A DNA stretch of 60,524 nucleotides, filler included, from Theionarchaea archaeon (lineage in GTDB: Archaea; Methanobacteriota_B; Thermococci; Methanofastidiosales; SZ-28-30): assembly GCA_018992565.1 (NCBI GenBank). It is 5 parts of 5 records of this genome, joined end to end, with 100 filler letters (N's around TTAATTAATTAA, not from the genome) between each part and the next. Parts side by side here need not be neighbours in the genome. Positions count along the whole stretch, not along the records: positions 1 to 23,587 come from JACVGW010000039.1; positions 23,688 to 47,244 come from JACVGW010000040.1; 3 more parts are not named here. The stretch is one strand, 5' to 3'. How positions within the stretch are numbered: the first letter of the stretch is position 1; every line of letters starts with the position of its first letter. Positions 18,004 to 29,135 of this stretch are shown piece after piece. A model generated the notes under the pieces. It had not been told where the DNA came from, did not search any database, and saw nothing but the letters and a program-made list of their open reading frames with translations. The position numbers and the translations under genes are program-made.

Positions 18004-19026
18004 TCAATACCTCCTTTGAACTCTGGGATACCCCTCAAAAGGAGTCCTGGGTTCCAGACTAACCCATTCACCTTCTCTATCTAGCCGAGAGAGCGACCGC
18101 AAGAGATCGAATGTCACCCATTTGGTAGCTTGTGGATTTTCATAGTCCCATAGCCCATATTCGTCCTGTAGCCCTTTGATGAATGCAACGAGATCGCCGA
18201 CTCGCTGATCTTCCAGGGTTGCGCCAACTCTCCAGCACAAATCCAGGACAAGTCCCAGATCAAACCGGGCAAAAAACGTTAGAAACCCACGAGCAGGTTC
18301 CACTCCCACCATTCGTGCCGTTTCAAGCCCCAGGACATGTCGATCACGGGTCTCGCGGGCCAGAAGCAAATCCAGTGCCCGGCGAGCCTGTTCACTACGC
18401 CGGTACTCAGGATGTAAAGACAGACACTGCAGAGCACCTGTGGTATTTGATCTACATCCAAACCGGGAATGAGGCAGCGCACGGTACCCTGCCCTGTACC
18501 CGTAAGACCCTTCAGCACTGACCCTGCTGGGCCAGGCTCCATCAGGTAGTCGATGTTTTAACAACCAGGCATACGCCTTTTCCGCCCTGAGATCTGTAGC
18601 ATACCCGCAAAATGCTAACCCTCTCAAAGGAAGTGCAGTCTGCAACGGTGTCACCACAGAACTTTTCGATTTTGAACCACCAGGAGGCGGCCAGGACCCA
18701 TCAGCTCTTTGTAGTGAAAAAATGAATTCGACACCTCTCTTAACAGCAGGATGTGAAGGGTCAATTCCCATGTACCCTAATCTCGTTAGGGCCTGTGCCG
18801 TATTCAGCAACTGCGTACCTAGAGTGAGCCCTGCTGACTCTGTGGTCTTCCAGGAGCCATTGGAACCCTGCAACCTTAACAAATTCACTATGAGCGGGTC
18901 TTTCTCCCTCAAGTCAGCCAGCTCACAAACCTCTTCATCACTTTCAGGTCGGCCCAGGAGCTCACGCAGCACCAAGTATCTAAGAGAAGGTGAAGGGCTG
19001 GATAGTAAGAGAGGGACCCAGGTCAT
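18004..19026 (-). CDS. Prenyltransferase/squalene-cyclase-like alpha/alpha-barrel repeat protein
   Basis: QW-type repeats QGSNGSW, QRADGSW, RLPDGAW and QDEYGLW. Confidence 0.7.
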   Translation of the reverse strand: MTWVPLLLSSPSPSLRYLVLRELLGRPESDEEVCELADLREKDPLIVNLLRLQGSNGSWKTTESAGLTLGTQLLNTAQALTRLGYMGIDPSHPAVKRGVEFIFSLQRADGSWPPPGGSKSKSSVVTPLQTALPLRGLAFCGYATDLRAEKAYAWLLKHRLPDGAWPSRVSAEGSYGYRAGYRALPHSRFGCRSNTTGALQCLSLHPEYRRSEQARRALDLLLARETRDRHVLGLETARMVGVEPARGFLTFFARFDLGLVLDLCWRVGATLEDQRVGDLVAFIKGLQDEYGLWDYENPQATKWVTFDLLRSLSRLDREGEWVSLEPRTPFEGYPRVQRRY

Positions 19027-22000
19027 GTGATCCCCTCCAGTACCTCTTTCACATAGTGTGCAGTGATGCCACCTGCTAAACAGAAGTCTTCAGGTGTGCC
19101 TTCATTCACCACCATTCCTCCTTCAGGTCCACCCCCTGGACCCAATTCGATCAACCAGTCACATGATGCCAGTACATGCGGATTATGCTCAATGACAACT
19201 ACAGTATGGCCAGCTTCCACTAAATGCTGCAATACTTCAATCAACCTACTGACATCCTCCATATGCTGGCCAACAGTGGGTTCATCCAGTATGTATAAAG
19301 AACCCTGAGGTGTTCTCCCACACAATTCTCTGGCAACCTTAAGTCTCTGAGCTTCTCCTCCAGATAGGCTATACCCTGGCTGGTGTAACACCAAATATCC
19401 CAGTCCAACCTGCTGAGCTGCTTTCAGCAAGCGGGCAATCCTCTCATGGTTCTCAAATAAAGGATACACTTCATCAATCGTGAGATTACATAATGCCGGG
19501 AGTGTCAATCCCTTGATCTTCACATCCCATGCTTCAGGTGAATATCCTGTCCCATTACATGCATCACAGGGGGAATACACATTTGGTAAGAATCCCATGT
19601 CCATTCGTATAGTACCCCTCCCGTTACAGACNNNNNNNNNNNNNNNNNNNNNNNNNNNNNNNNNNNNNNNNNNNNNNNNNNNNNNNNNNNNNNNNNNNNN
19701 NNNNNNNNNNNNNNNNNNNNNNNNNNNNNNNCTCCCAATGGTATATGAACATCAATATTCTTGAGGTTATGCTGGCGTGCGCCGCGAATATGCATCCAGT
19801 TTCTGGGTGATCTTCTCTTTCCAGGGTGTATCGTACACTCTCCCCGCAGCCACTTCCCTGTTACAGTTTCTGCCCGGGCAATATCTGATACCGAGCCTTC
19901 AGCCACAATATGCCCGCCCTCTACTCCAGCACCGGGACCTATGTCGATAATGTGGTCTGCCTTTCTAATGATCACGGGGTCATGTTCAACCACAATGACG
20001 GTATTCCCTTCATCTCGAAGTTCCTTCAGGGCACCAACCAGGGCATTCACCTCTGACGGGTGCAGTCCACGGGAGGGTTCATCCAGGAGGACTGTTAATG
20101 AGGTTAATTTACTTCCCAGGACTCCAGCTAACGTTACCCGCTCAGCCTCTCCCGCAGAGAGGGAAGCTGAAACCCTGTTCAAGTGCAAGTATCCCAGCCC
20201 CACCTGCACCAGGAACGTGAGTCTCCTCGTGCAAGTATCCAGACTGGACCTGACTGTCCGGGATGCAGGTTCTGTTATCGTGTTCATGAGTTCTGCCAAT
20301 GCAGTTAGAGGCATCTCAGTGAGTTCATGAATGGTGTGCCCCTGTAAGGTGACTGCCAGAAACTCTGGCCGCAGCCTTCCCCCCTTACAGTGAGGGCACA
20401 CCACAGCCTCTGTGTATGTTCCACCTACATCCCAGTCACGAATCCAGCCGAAAAATCCAGGGAACCTATGCTTGCGTACAGAGGATTGGCCTTTTCTGTT
20501 TACAAAAGTCACTGTCAAGGGCTCGGGATCGCCGAAAAGAAATGCATGCTGCGCTTTTTCACTCATCTGGTTCCAAGGAGTAGACTGTGGGTCAAAGTCA
20601 TATCTTTCAGCCAGGGCCTGGACCATGTAGTATCCTGAATTGAAGGGTTTACACAGGAATCCCTTGGGGAAAAACCCTGGCGAGTACATAGCCCCCCTGC
20701 AAATGGGATTATCTGGATTCACAATTAATTTCTGTGGGTTGGGCTTCTGTATGGTGCCCACCCCCTGGCAGGTGGGACATGCTGAGAACCAGTTGGAAAA
20801 TAAGAAGGCACTGGATTTTTCAATGGGAGCTGCAGCTCCGCACTGGGGGCATTTCCAGGTGGTGGTCCGATTCATTGAAGAGCCGCACTCCATGCACGTT
20901 CTCTCCCCCAGAACCGAGAGTAGTACTGTGAGATGGTGCAGAATCTCAGTATCAGATCCCACGGTGGCGCGTCTATTGAATTCACGGGGTCCTGCCCTAA
21001 CAGATACAGCTACTCCAAGCCCTTTGACCGATTTCACAGGAGCTTCAGGACCTTCTTTAACGGATTGCCTTTCATACATGGACAGACTTTCCAGGAATCG
21101 CCTTCTGGCTTCAGCTTCCAGGACATCTGTGATTAGAGAGGATTTACCCGATCCCGATACCCCCGTAATGACGGTAAAGACATTCTTTGGTATGGTGACA
21201 GTCACAGACTTTAAATTGTGTGCAGAAGCCTCAGTAATGATGATATCTCTTGATATGTCGGGCGGTGGGTGAGCAGAAGGAGTTGTAGGTTCTAATTCTG
21301 TTTGAAGTGCTCTGGCTGTCAGTGAACGCTCTTCTGATAACAGATCGTCAGGTGGCCCTGCAAAGAGCAGTTCTCCTCCCTTGGGTCCAGCTCCAGGTCC
21401 CAGGTCAATAATCCAATCGGCTGCGCGCATAATATCTGTATTGTGCTCAATTACCACGACCGTTCCGCCAGCACGGACTAACCGATCCAGGACTACGAGT
21501 AGTCCAGATATGTCTTTGGGGTGCAGCCCTGTGGAGGGTTCATCCAGTATCAATAGCTTTCTGGACAAGGATTTGCTGCCCAGGTACTTGGCTAATTTGA
21601 CCCGCTGTGCCTCACCACCTGATAGCGTGGGAGAGGGCTGCCCTAACGACAGATATCCTAATCCGACATCTCGCAAGGCCTCCAGAATGCGTTTTGCCTG
21701 GGTTCTTTGTGTTGCTGAAAGGGCTTTATGAGTGAGTAAGGGACGTGCCTCGTCAATAGTCAATTTATAAAAATCAGCAATAGTCAGGCTCTTATCGCCA
21801 AAATCCACTTTTCTGCTGAGTACTTCCTCTGAGAATCGGTTTCCTTCACATCTCTCACAGGTGATCCAGGTAGAGGGGAGGTACCGCATCTTGACTTCTA
21901 CTGCCCCCATCCCCTTACAGAGGGGACACCTTCCTTCAGGGCGATTGAAGGAGAAGTGGGAAGGTGACAATTTTGTGGCGCGGGAGTAGAGTTCACGGAT

Positions 22001-23587
22001 TATGTCGGAGAGCTTGGTGTAGGTGGCAGGATTGGATCGTGGATTTCTGCCTATGGGACTCTGGTCAACTACTACAGGGGTGAGGGGAGGTCCCTCGACC
22101 TTCTCACATCCTTGAGGGTTCTTTTTTCGGAGAGAAGGTTCTAGAACGTCAATAAAGGTACTCTTTCCTGAACCTGAAATACCAGTGACTACTGTGAGCC
22201 TGCTCAAAGGTATGGGTACATCAATATCTCTTAGGTTTCGAAGGCATGCTTTTCTAATTGTCAAGAATTTTGTGGGTTTTGTGCGGTGCCTGGGTAGGGC
22301 CACCCTTTCTCGAAAGCTGAAATACTGCCCCGTGGGTGTATCTGCCCCCCATAATTCTTCCAGGGATCCCGCGAAGACGATTTTGCCTCCCTGGATACCT
22401 GCGCCAGGCCCTAAGTCAATGGCATAGTCTGCGTGGGCAGCTGCCATTCTGTCATGTTCTACAAAGATGACGGGGCCTGAGAGTTCTCTGAAGGCAGGCA
22501 CCAATCTTTGAACATCGTAGGGGTGCTGCCCAATAGTGGGTTCATCCAGAATATGCAGCATGTCTTCGAGTCTGCTGGTTAAGGCAACTGCCAGGCGTAT
22601 GCGTTGAGCTTCTCCTCTGGATACGGTGGGTGAGGATCTGTCTAGGGTTATGTATCCTAATCCTACCGTCCGGAGAGCCTGCAACCTGGTTACAATTTCT
22701 GTGTGAAGGCGATGGGAAGTATCCGGGAATTCATTGTCTTCAAAGAGGGTGTGGGTTTCATCTACTGATAGAGCCAGGAGCTCTGGTAGTCTGAGCCCCT
22801 TCCATTTTACAGCAGCTGCCTGTGGGTGTAACCCTGTGTTCAAGCATGATGTACAACCTTCACCCTGGCAGTGGGGGCATGCTGTGTGGAAATGCTTTGG
22901 TTCCACAGGATGAAACCAGTAACCACAGTTCACACAGACAGGAGCACGGGATAAGATCTCCTCTTTCTCAGGAGAACGGATGATAATGGCAGTTGAACCC
23001 AGTGCAAATGCTTTCTTAACAGCGTCACGGGCCTGTGTGGCTCTGAGGTCTCCCGATAGTGAAGCTATTTCGATCTCAATAGTGTGAGGGGTTTGAGCAT
23101 TGAGGGTTCCTGGTGTCCAGGGAAAGCTGTCCACAATGACGCGATTACCGAATTCATCAGTCAGCAATTGGAGTAATGTTTTATGACTCCCTTGGACATT
23201 GTGAAGTAAAGGGGCAACCACAGTGACAGGCGACTCTCTTGCTTTCTTCAGTAGGATATCCATGATTTCATCTTCAGTCAAAATGGATAATTCGGTTCCA
23301 CATTGAGGGCAGTACTGATTTCCAAAATGACTGTACAATAGCCTGAGAAAGGGATGTAATCCTGAGGCAGTGGCCAACGTGGAAAGGGGATTCCGATTCA
23401 GTAAATTCTGACCCACAGCAATGGCAGGACCCAACCCAGATATGGTTTCAACAGAAGCTGGAATCAATTTGATTGAGGAACCTAATGAAAAGATTTCCAA
23501 AAATCTGCGGCGGGCTTCATGGTAAATGGTATCGAACACGAGTGAGGATTTACCTGAGCCCGAAACACCAGTGACTACTGTCAGTCT
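19023..23587 (-). CDS. uvrA: Double-length UvrA-like ABC ATPase (5'-truncated, 100-N gap inside)
   Basis: Walker A motifs GVSGSGKS (23545-23570, upstream of the track ORF start), GISGSGKS and GVSGSGKS, with a fourth expected in the gap. Four signature/Walker B sets (VSRGE, LSGGE, LSAGE, LSGGE + LDEP) and several Zn fingers. Confidence 0.88.
19632..19731. other. Scaffold gap (100 N)
   Basis: N run. Confidence 1.
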
Positions 23588-23687
23588 NNNNNNNNNNNNN
23601 NNNNNNNNNNNNNNNNNNNNNNNNNNNNNNNTTAATTAATTAANNNNNNNNNNNNNNNNNNNNNNNNNNNNNNNNNNNNNNNNNNNN
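23588..23687. other. Artificial contig linker
   Basis: N-flanked TTAATTAATTAA six-frame stop linker. Confidence 1.
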
Positions 23688-23700
23688 CTGGCAGAGTGAT

Positions 23701-24345
23701 ATGATCTCCAAGCTGGACTTTGAAGGAATTTCCTTCATTGGTGTGTATGGATTGTGCACAGATACAATTACTCTCATCCGACCCGATCTGGGAAAGAAGC
23801 TGGCCACCGTGGAGCAAGTGCTGAATACACCTGTGCTTGAGACTACTATTGGAAAGTCATACCTCATAGGCGTTTTTGCTGCAGGGAATTCCACCTGTGT
23901 GGTGGTACCCTATTTTGCAGAGGATGCGGAAACAGAATCTCTCAGAGAGCATGTGACCTGTGCAGTGTATCCTGAAAAGTACACAGCACTGGGGAACCTG
24001 ATGCTGGCCAACGACAAGGCCTGCATTGTGAGCCCAGTCCTGGATCCAAAATTCTTTCAGGATGCTCTTGGAACCGAAGTAGTCAGGGCACAGCTGGGTG
24101 AGTTTTTGACGGTGGGCAGTGTAGGGGTGGTGACCAATAGGGCAGGAATCCTCCACCCGCAACTGTCTGATGAAGATATAGAATTTGTGGAGGACGTGCT
24201 GCAGATTTCCTGTGAACGGGCTACTGCCAACAGAGGGGTGGGATATCTCAAGTTGTGCCTGTTGGCTAATTCACATGGCATTTTGGCAGGAAGGGAAACA
24301 ACAGGGCCTGAATTGGTCCGGATTGAAGATATTCTGGAGGGTTGA
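23701..24345 (+). CDS. eif6: Translation initiation factor 6 (aIF-6)
   Basis: IGVY, GNLMLANDKA, TVGS...TNRAGILHP, TANRG and TTGPELVRIED motifs. Confidence 0.95.
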   Translation: MISKLDFEGISFIGVYGLCTDTITLIRPDLGKKLATVEQVLNTPVLETTIGKSYLIGVFAAGNSTCVVVPYFAEDAETESLREHVTCAVYPEKYTALGNLMLANDKACIVSPVLDPKFFQDALGTEVVRAQLGEFLTVGSVGVVTNRAGILHPQLSDEDIEFVEDVLQISCERATANRGVGYLKLCLLANSHGILAGRETTGPELVRIEDILEG

Positions 24346-24650
24346 ATATGTCAGAAAAGTCTGAATCCAAGAGTGCATCAAAATCAAAGAAACCAAAAGA
24401 ACTGAAAAAACCTGGAAATGCAGAAAAGGTGAAGCAGAAGAAATCACCTGCAAAGGGAAAAGAAAGAAAGATGAAAACCTTTACTGTTACAGGTAATTTT
24501 GTCATGGGAAGTTCGCTGCAGAAATTCCAGAAGAGTGTTAGTGCCCGGGGTGAGAAAAGAGCCCGGGAGAAGATATTTCAGGACCTGGGATCCAAACACA
24601 GAGTGAGACGTTCCCGGGTGTTGATTGACAAGGTGGAGGAGGCAAAATGA
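24342..24650 (+). CDS. rpl18a: 50S ribosomal protein L18Ae/LX with Lys-rich N-terminal extension
   Basis: MKTFTVTG...REKIFQDLGSKHRVRRSRVLI, in the conserved position between aIF-6 and prefoldin alpha. Confidence 0.9.
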   Translation: MNMSEKSESKSASKSKKPKELKKPGNAEKVKQKKSPAKGKERKMKTFTVTGNFVMGSSLQKFQKSVSARGEKRAREKIFQDLGSKHRVRRSRVLIDKVEEAK

Positions 24651-25090
24651 CAGACGAGAAGAAAGGAGTAACCTTGCAGGAGATGAATGAGCAGGAACTG
24701 GCTCTCAATATCCAGGTTCTCCAGGAGCAAGGCAGGATACTGGCGTCCAATGTAGAGCGGCTATCAATCTACCTGCAGGAGCTTGCAACCTCCAGAGCAA
24801 CATTAGAAGGAATGCAGAGCCTGAAAAAAGGAGATGAAATTCTGGTCCCCATCGGAGCATCCAGTTTCATCAGGGCACGCATCGATGACACAGAAAAGGT
24901 TATTGTGGGTGTGGGTTCCAATGTCTCTGTTGACAAGACACTGGATGATGCAGCTACCAGCATGCAGGAAAGAATCGACCTGGTGGAATCCAGGATCAGA
25001 GAAAGTCAGGACGCTTATGTAAAGGTGGCTCAAAAACTGGACGTTCTAACAGCAGAGGCACAGAAGCGCGTGCAGTCTATTTCCCAGTAG
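24647..25090 (+). CDS. pfdA: Prefoldin alpha subunit
   Basis: EILVPIGASSFIRA...KVIVGVGS hairpins between coiled coils. Confidence 0.95.
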   Translation: MTDEKKGVTLQEMNEQELALNIQVLQEQGRILASNVERLSIYLQELATSRATLEGMQSLKKGDEILVPIGASSFIRARIDDTEKVIVGVGSNVSVDKTLDDAATSMQERIDLVESRIRESQDAYVKVAQKLDVLTAEAQKRVQSISQ

Positions 25091-25151
25091 TACTGCTTTG
25101 AACCATGCTGAGTCGGCCAGGAATCAATACGGATTGCTATGAAGTGAATCT

Positions 25152-26036
25152 ATGTTTGACAGTCTGAGGAAAAAACTGGACACGTTTGTTCAAAAGACCA
25201 TTTCTGAAAAGGATCTGGACAGCGTGTTGTGGGAATTGGAGGTCTCACTCCTGGAAAGCGATGTTTCCATGAAGGCTTCTGAGAAGATGATTGAGACTTT
25301 GAAATCGGAACTGGTAGGATCAAAAGTAGGGTTGACAGAGAGGAAAAAGAATATTATTCAGGATGCTTTGAAAAATGCAGTTACACAGGTTTTGAATGCA
25401 GATTCTGTGGACCTGGAAGCCTTAATTAAGGAAAAAAACCGGAAAGATGGCCCTCTGGTCATACTGTTTGTGGGGTTCAATGGTACAGGGAAAACCACCA
25501 CTATTGCGAAGCTTGCCCACATTCTGAAGCAGAAGCATAGCGTAGTCATTGCAGCCTCAGACACCTTCAGGGCAGGGTCCCAGGAACAACTGGAAAAACA
25601 TGCAGAAAGAGTGGGAGTCAGAGTTGTCAAGCATGGATATGGTGCAGATCCTGCAGCAGTGGCATTTGATGCAATTAAACATGCCAGAGCAAAAGACGTG
25701 GATGTGGTGCTGATTGATACTGCTGGAAGAGCAGAGACAAACAAGAACCTCATGGAACAGATGAAGAAGATTAAACGAGTGACTAGCCCTGATCTGACCA
25801 TTTTTGTTGGTGATGCTCTGGCAGGAAATGCAGCAGTGGAACAGGCAGAGAAGTTTGGAGAAGTGGGCATTGATGCCAGCATATTGACCAAGATTGATGC
25901 AGATGCCAGGGGTGGGGCCGCTCTTTCCATCAGCTACATTACAGGACGACCTATTATCTATGTGGGAAATGGACAAGAATACGATGATTTGCAGCCCTTT
26001 AACTCGGAGTGGCTGCTGGATAGGTTGGTTTCATAG
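25152..26036 (+). CDS. ftsY: SRP receptor FtsY
   Basis: GFNGTGKTTTIAKLA, DTFRAG, DTAGR and TKIDADARGG motifs. Confidence 0.97.
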   Translation: MFDSLRKKLDTFVQKTISEKDLDSVLWELEVSLLESDVSMKASEKMIETLKSELVGSKVGLTERKKNIIQDALKNAVTQVLNADSVDLEALIKEKNRKDGPLVILFVGFNGTGKTTTIAKLAHILKQKHSVVIAASDTFRAGSQEQLEKHAERVGVRVVKHGYGADPAAVAFDAIKHARAKDVDVVLIDTAGRAETNKNLMEQMKKIKRVTSPDLTIFVGDALAGNAAVEQAEKFGEVGIDASILTKIDADARGGAALSISYITGRPIIYVGNGQEYDDLQPFNSEWLLDRLVS

Positions 26037-26188
26037 GCCGGAAGAATCGATTGATAGAGGTGGGTTTCATGATGCAAGAAAGATTCAGCAGGGAGGGATT
26101 GTAATCTCCCCGAATTTTGATGTAGTAAGTAGAGCACAAAGTATAAATACGTGGGGATTGAAAAAGTCACATACTCGAGGTGTGCTTC

Positions 26189-27364
26189 ATGGATTTCCCT
26201 GATGGAGAAATTCTACAGCGGCTGGATGCAAGAGAACTAGATTTGGCAGAAGTAATAAAGTCCCTTCAGGACAGGGAATTTACCGGAGTTCTCAAGTATT
26301 TTGGTGACAAAGTAGGCAACATCCTCTTTATCAGAGGAGAAATAGTCGCCATGACCTATGGGAACACTGCTGGAGACCAGGTAGGAGATATCCTCCTGGA
26401 AGAGACGGCCAAAGGAGGAAGGGCGGAAGTTCACCAGCTCCCTCCTCAGACTGCGCGATCCGCGCTCCGGTACTATATCGATGTTCTAGGGCACCCCATC
26501 GCTATCTGGAAGCTGGAGGATGCCCGTCGGGAAGTCATGAGGCGTGCTGGGATAAATGAGCCTGATGTGGCTACCCTGGAGCAGATGCTGGAATCTGAAG
26601 GAGTAGCACATCTCCTCAAGCGATCTGCACCAGAGATAATCGCAGCAAAGAAGGAAGTCACCTGTGGATGGGACGCTGTGGGGCTGATGGACCAGTACCC
26701 TGTTCCTCCCAACGCGCATATGAACATTCTGGTAATGGGAGGACCGAACCCATATAAGCAGCTGTGGTGCCAGCAATTTATCTATGGAGAACTGGTAAAG
26801 GGGTTGGGAGCTGTTTACTTCAATTTCAATACTACTCCAGATGATATTCGAATGAACTTGGTGCGGCTGGGAATGGACATTGAGAAATTCGAAGAGGAAG
26901 GCAAGTTCTTTTTTGTGGATTGTTTCCCATGGCGATTGAAAAAGTCTCCAGAAAAGTTTCATGCAGCCATTGACAAATCATCGCTTCTGGATTTTGGATT
27001 GGCACTGTCAGAGGCTTCAAAAGAAATAGATGCTCCTTCAAGTGTGGTAGTGTTTGATTCTCTGAGCAACCTGATGATTTATTTTGACCCGGATCAGGTC
27101 ATCAAATTTGCCGTCAATCAGGGCTCAAAATTGAAAGAGATGGAATGGACTGGACTGTATATCGTGGAAGAAGGAGTAAATGATACCAAGATTGAGAATT
27201 CATTGAGGTTCTTGCTGGATGGTGTATTTGTTATCGAGACTACCAGGAAGAAGTATCTGGGTGAGTTCAAAATCGAATGGATTCGGGGAATTGTGGACAA
27301 GCCCACAGCTTATTACTTTGATGTTTCCAAGAAAGGACTGGGCCTTATTTCAAAGAAAGGTTGA
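26189..27364 (+). CDS. DUF2226-like domain fused to a KaiC/RAD55-like domain with degenerate P-loop
   Basis: FTGVLK...GNILFIRGEIV and REVMRRAGINEPD, then ILVMGGPNPYK, FFFVDCF, VVVFDSLS and LDGVF. Confidence 0.7.
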   Translation: MDFPDGEILQRLDARELDLAEVIKSLQDREFTGVLKYFGDKVGNILFIRGEIVAMTYGNTAGDQVGDILLEETAKGGRAEVHQLPPQTARSALRYYIDVLGHPIAIWKLEDARREVMRRAGINEPDVATLEQMLESEGVAHLLKRSAPEIIAAKKEVTCGWDAVGLMDQYPVPPNAHMNILVMGGPNPYKQLWCQQFIYGELVKGLGAVYFNFNTTPDDIRMNLVRLGMDIEKFEEEGKFFFVDCFPWRLKKSPEKFHAAIDKSSLLDFGLALSEASKEIDAPSSVVVFDSLSNLMIYFDPDQVIKFAVNQGSKLKEMEWTGLYIVEEGVNDTKIENSLRFLLDGVFVIETTRKKYLGEFKIEWIRGIVDKPTAYYFDVSKKGLGLISKKG

Positions 27365-27382
27365 ATCTTTTCCTGACAGATG

Positions 27383-27805
27383 TCAAATGTCCAGCACGCA
27401 CTGGAAGAAGAGTAATTCGTCTTTTTTTCCACTTTTGAGGCCAAAATAGGTAGCAGCCTTGACTTCGGTTTTGATCTCGTGTTTTTCCTGGCTGAGATAT
27501 TCTCCCCTTGCAGTTCCTGAAAGATGCAGCCCTTCCCTCTTCTTGATGTGAACAGTGAAATCTGAGAAAATCATCTCTGTAATGTCTCTCTGTGCCAGCA
27601 GTTCATTCAGCCACTGTACAAACAGTGATTCATAATCCTCTGCAGCAGCTTCTACCTTGATTTCCTCCCGGGGAGTGACCCCATCCAGGTTGACCATCAC
27701 TGAGAACATGGCTCGGGCACCATTTTCAAACGCTTCCTCTATGGTTTTTCCCCAGGACCTGATTCCCACATCAGCTTCATGATCCAGAAGTTCAAACTCT
27801 TTCAT
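27383..27805 (-). CDS. Archease
   Basis: FELLDHEADVG, EVKAATY and C-terminal VLDI. Confidence 0.95.
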   Translation of the reverse strand: MKEFELLDHEADVGIRSWGKTIEEAFENGARAMFSVMVNLDGVTPREEIKVEAAAEDYESLFVQWLNELLAQRDITEMIFSDFTVHIKKREGLHLSGTARGEYLSQEKHEIKTEVKAATYFGLKSGKKDELLFFQCVLDI

Positions 27806-27888
27806 AGTCCAACCAATGCACTTCATAAGAAAAACCTTTCCAGTAGAAAACCGGTTGTTATTTATAGGTACTGTGATGTGCACTCATT

Positions 27889-28926
27889 ATGAGAAAGGTG
27901 TTCGTGGTATTCCTGGCACTCATTCTGGTGGCAGGTGCGGGAGTTGCCCAACACTCTCGTGCTTTTGACCCTTCAATTACAGTTGATACGTGGCCCTACA
28001 AGTACTCCATGGCCTTCACTGTCACCTGTGATGATGTCTCTTCAGGATACCCTCTGGAGTATTTACAGGAAATCCATGCCCTTCTCACTTCATATCATGT
28101 GAAGGCAACTTTCTTCGTGATACCTTACCATGGGGAATGGGATTTGATAACAGAATCTCCACAACTCATCCAGGAACTCCACGAACTCATGAGAGAAGGA
28201 CATGAAATTGGTCTTCATGGGTACGCTCATTACCAGAACGAGTTTGTATGCGACCCTGAAAGCCAGCGGGACCTGCTAAACAAAGCACTGGATATAATGG
28301 ATGAAGCAGGAATTACAGTGAGAGGATTCAGAGCACCCTGTCTTCGGTGCACTGAAGAAACCACCTTCATACTGAAAGAGTACGGATTTGTGTACGATTC
28401 CAGTATGTTTGGGGAGAGTGGAGAACCTGTATCTGATGGCCCCCTGCCCAGGCTCCCTTCAGGGCATGAATACACCTGGTATCTGTCTCAGGAGGAGTAC
28501 AATGAGAAGTTGAGCCTTGCTCAAAGCGAGGCAGAGGAAAAATACAGGGAGAGAACAGTGTTTTCTGTAGTGATGCACATGAAAGCAGTAAACGAAGGCG
28601 AGGGCATTGACCTGCTGAATGAACTTCTGTCTTTTGTCACTGCGAGGGATGTATGGAGCTGTACCTTGCTGGAACTGGTGGAATGGGAAGAAGCCATACA
28701 TAGTGTCAGGTGGGATTCAAAAAAGACGCTAACTGGAGGAGAAATCACTTTCTATAATGTTCCTGAAGGGCTATCATTGACAATTGTACTTCCTTCGTAC
28801 TATGCACCTGACTTTCTCAGTGATGACATTGCCATGACCTGCAATACAGATGACGATACCTGTGAAGTAGTTGTATGCTTTGAAAAGTCGTTTGACGAGG
28901 TGGCCCTGCCTTTTACTTTCGGATAA
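27889..28926 (+). CDS. Secreted polysaccharide deacetylase (NodB-like)
   Basis: Signal peptide, TCDD, ATFFVIP, HEIGLHGYAH, GFRAP and YDSS motifs. Confidence 0.88.
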   Translation: MRKVFVVFLALILVAGAGVAQHSRAFDPSITVDTWPYKYSMAFTVTCDDVSSGYPLEYLQEIHALLTSYHVKATFFVIPYHGEWDLITESPQLIQELHELMREGHEIGLHGYAHYQNEFVCDPESQRDLLNKALDIMDEAGITVRGFRAPCLRCTEETTFILKEYGFVYDSSMFGESGEPVSDGPLPRLPSGHEYTWYLSQEEYNEKLSLAQSEAEEKYRERTVFSVVMHMKAVNEGEGIDLLNELLSFVTARDVWSCTLLELVEWEEAIHSVRWDSKKTLTGGEITFYNVPEGLSLTIVLPSYYAPDFLSDDIAMTCNTDDDTCEVVVCFEKSFDEVALPFTFG

Positions 28927-29135
28927 AGTTGATGCAGTCTGGCAATGAACTAATAAAATACATACAGGGTCCTCGAGTCTCGACTCTGCATACATCTGTC
29001 TGAGGGTTCTAGAGAAAATTCCTGTCATGAACGGCAGAGGGTGACATAGAAATGGAATGGGAAATAACCCAAGACAAAAATATTTAAGGATAGAATCATC
29101 GAGGAAATGCAGGAACAGCAGGAAGGAGATCTAAA

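Noticed and set aside
19023..19604. Separate small ABC ATPase or frameshifted pseudogene
   Set aside because: It is the C-terminus of the UvrA-like gene. The frame change comes from the arbitrary 100-N gap.
23588..23687. Recurring TTAATTAATTAA palindrome (also near 47289, 51811 and 56259)
   Set aside because: Artificial six-frame stop linker between concatenated contigs.
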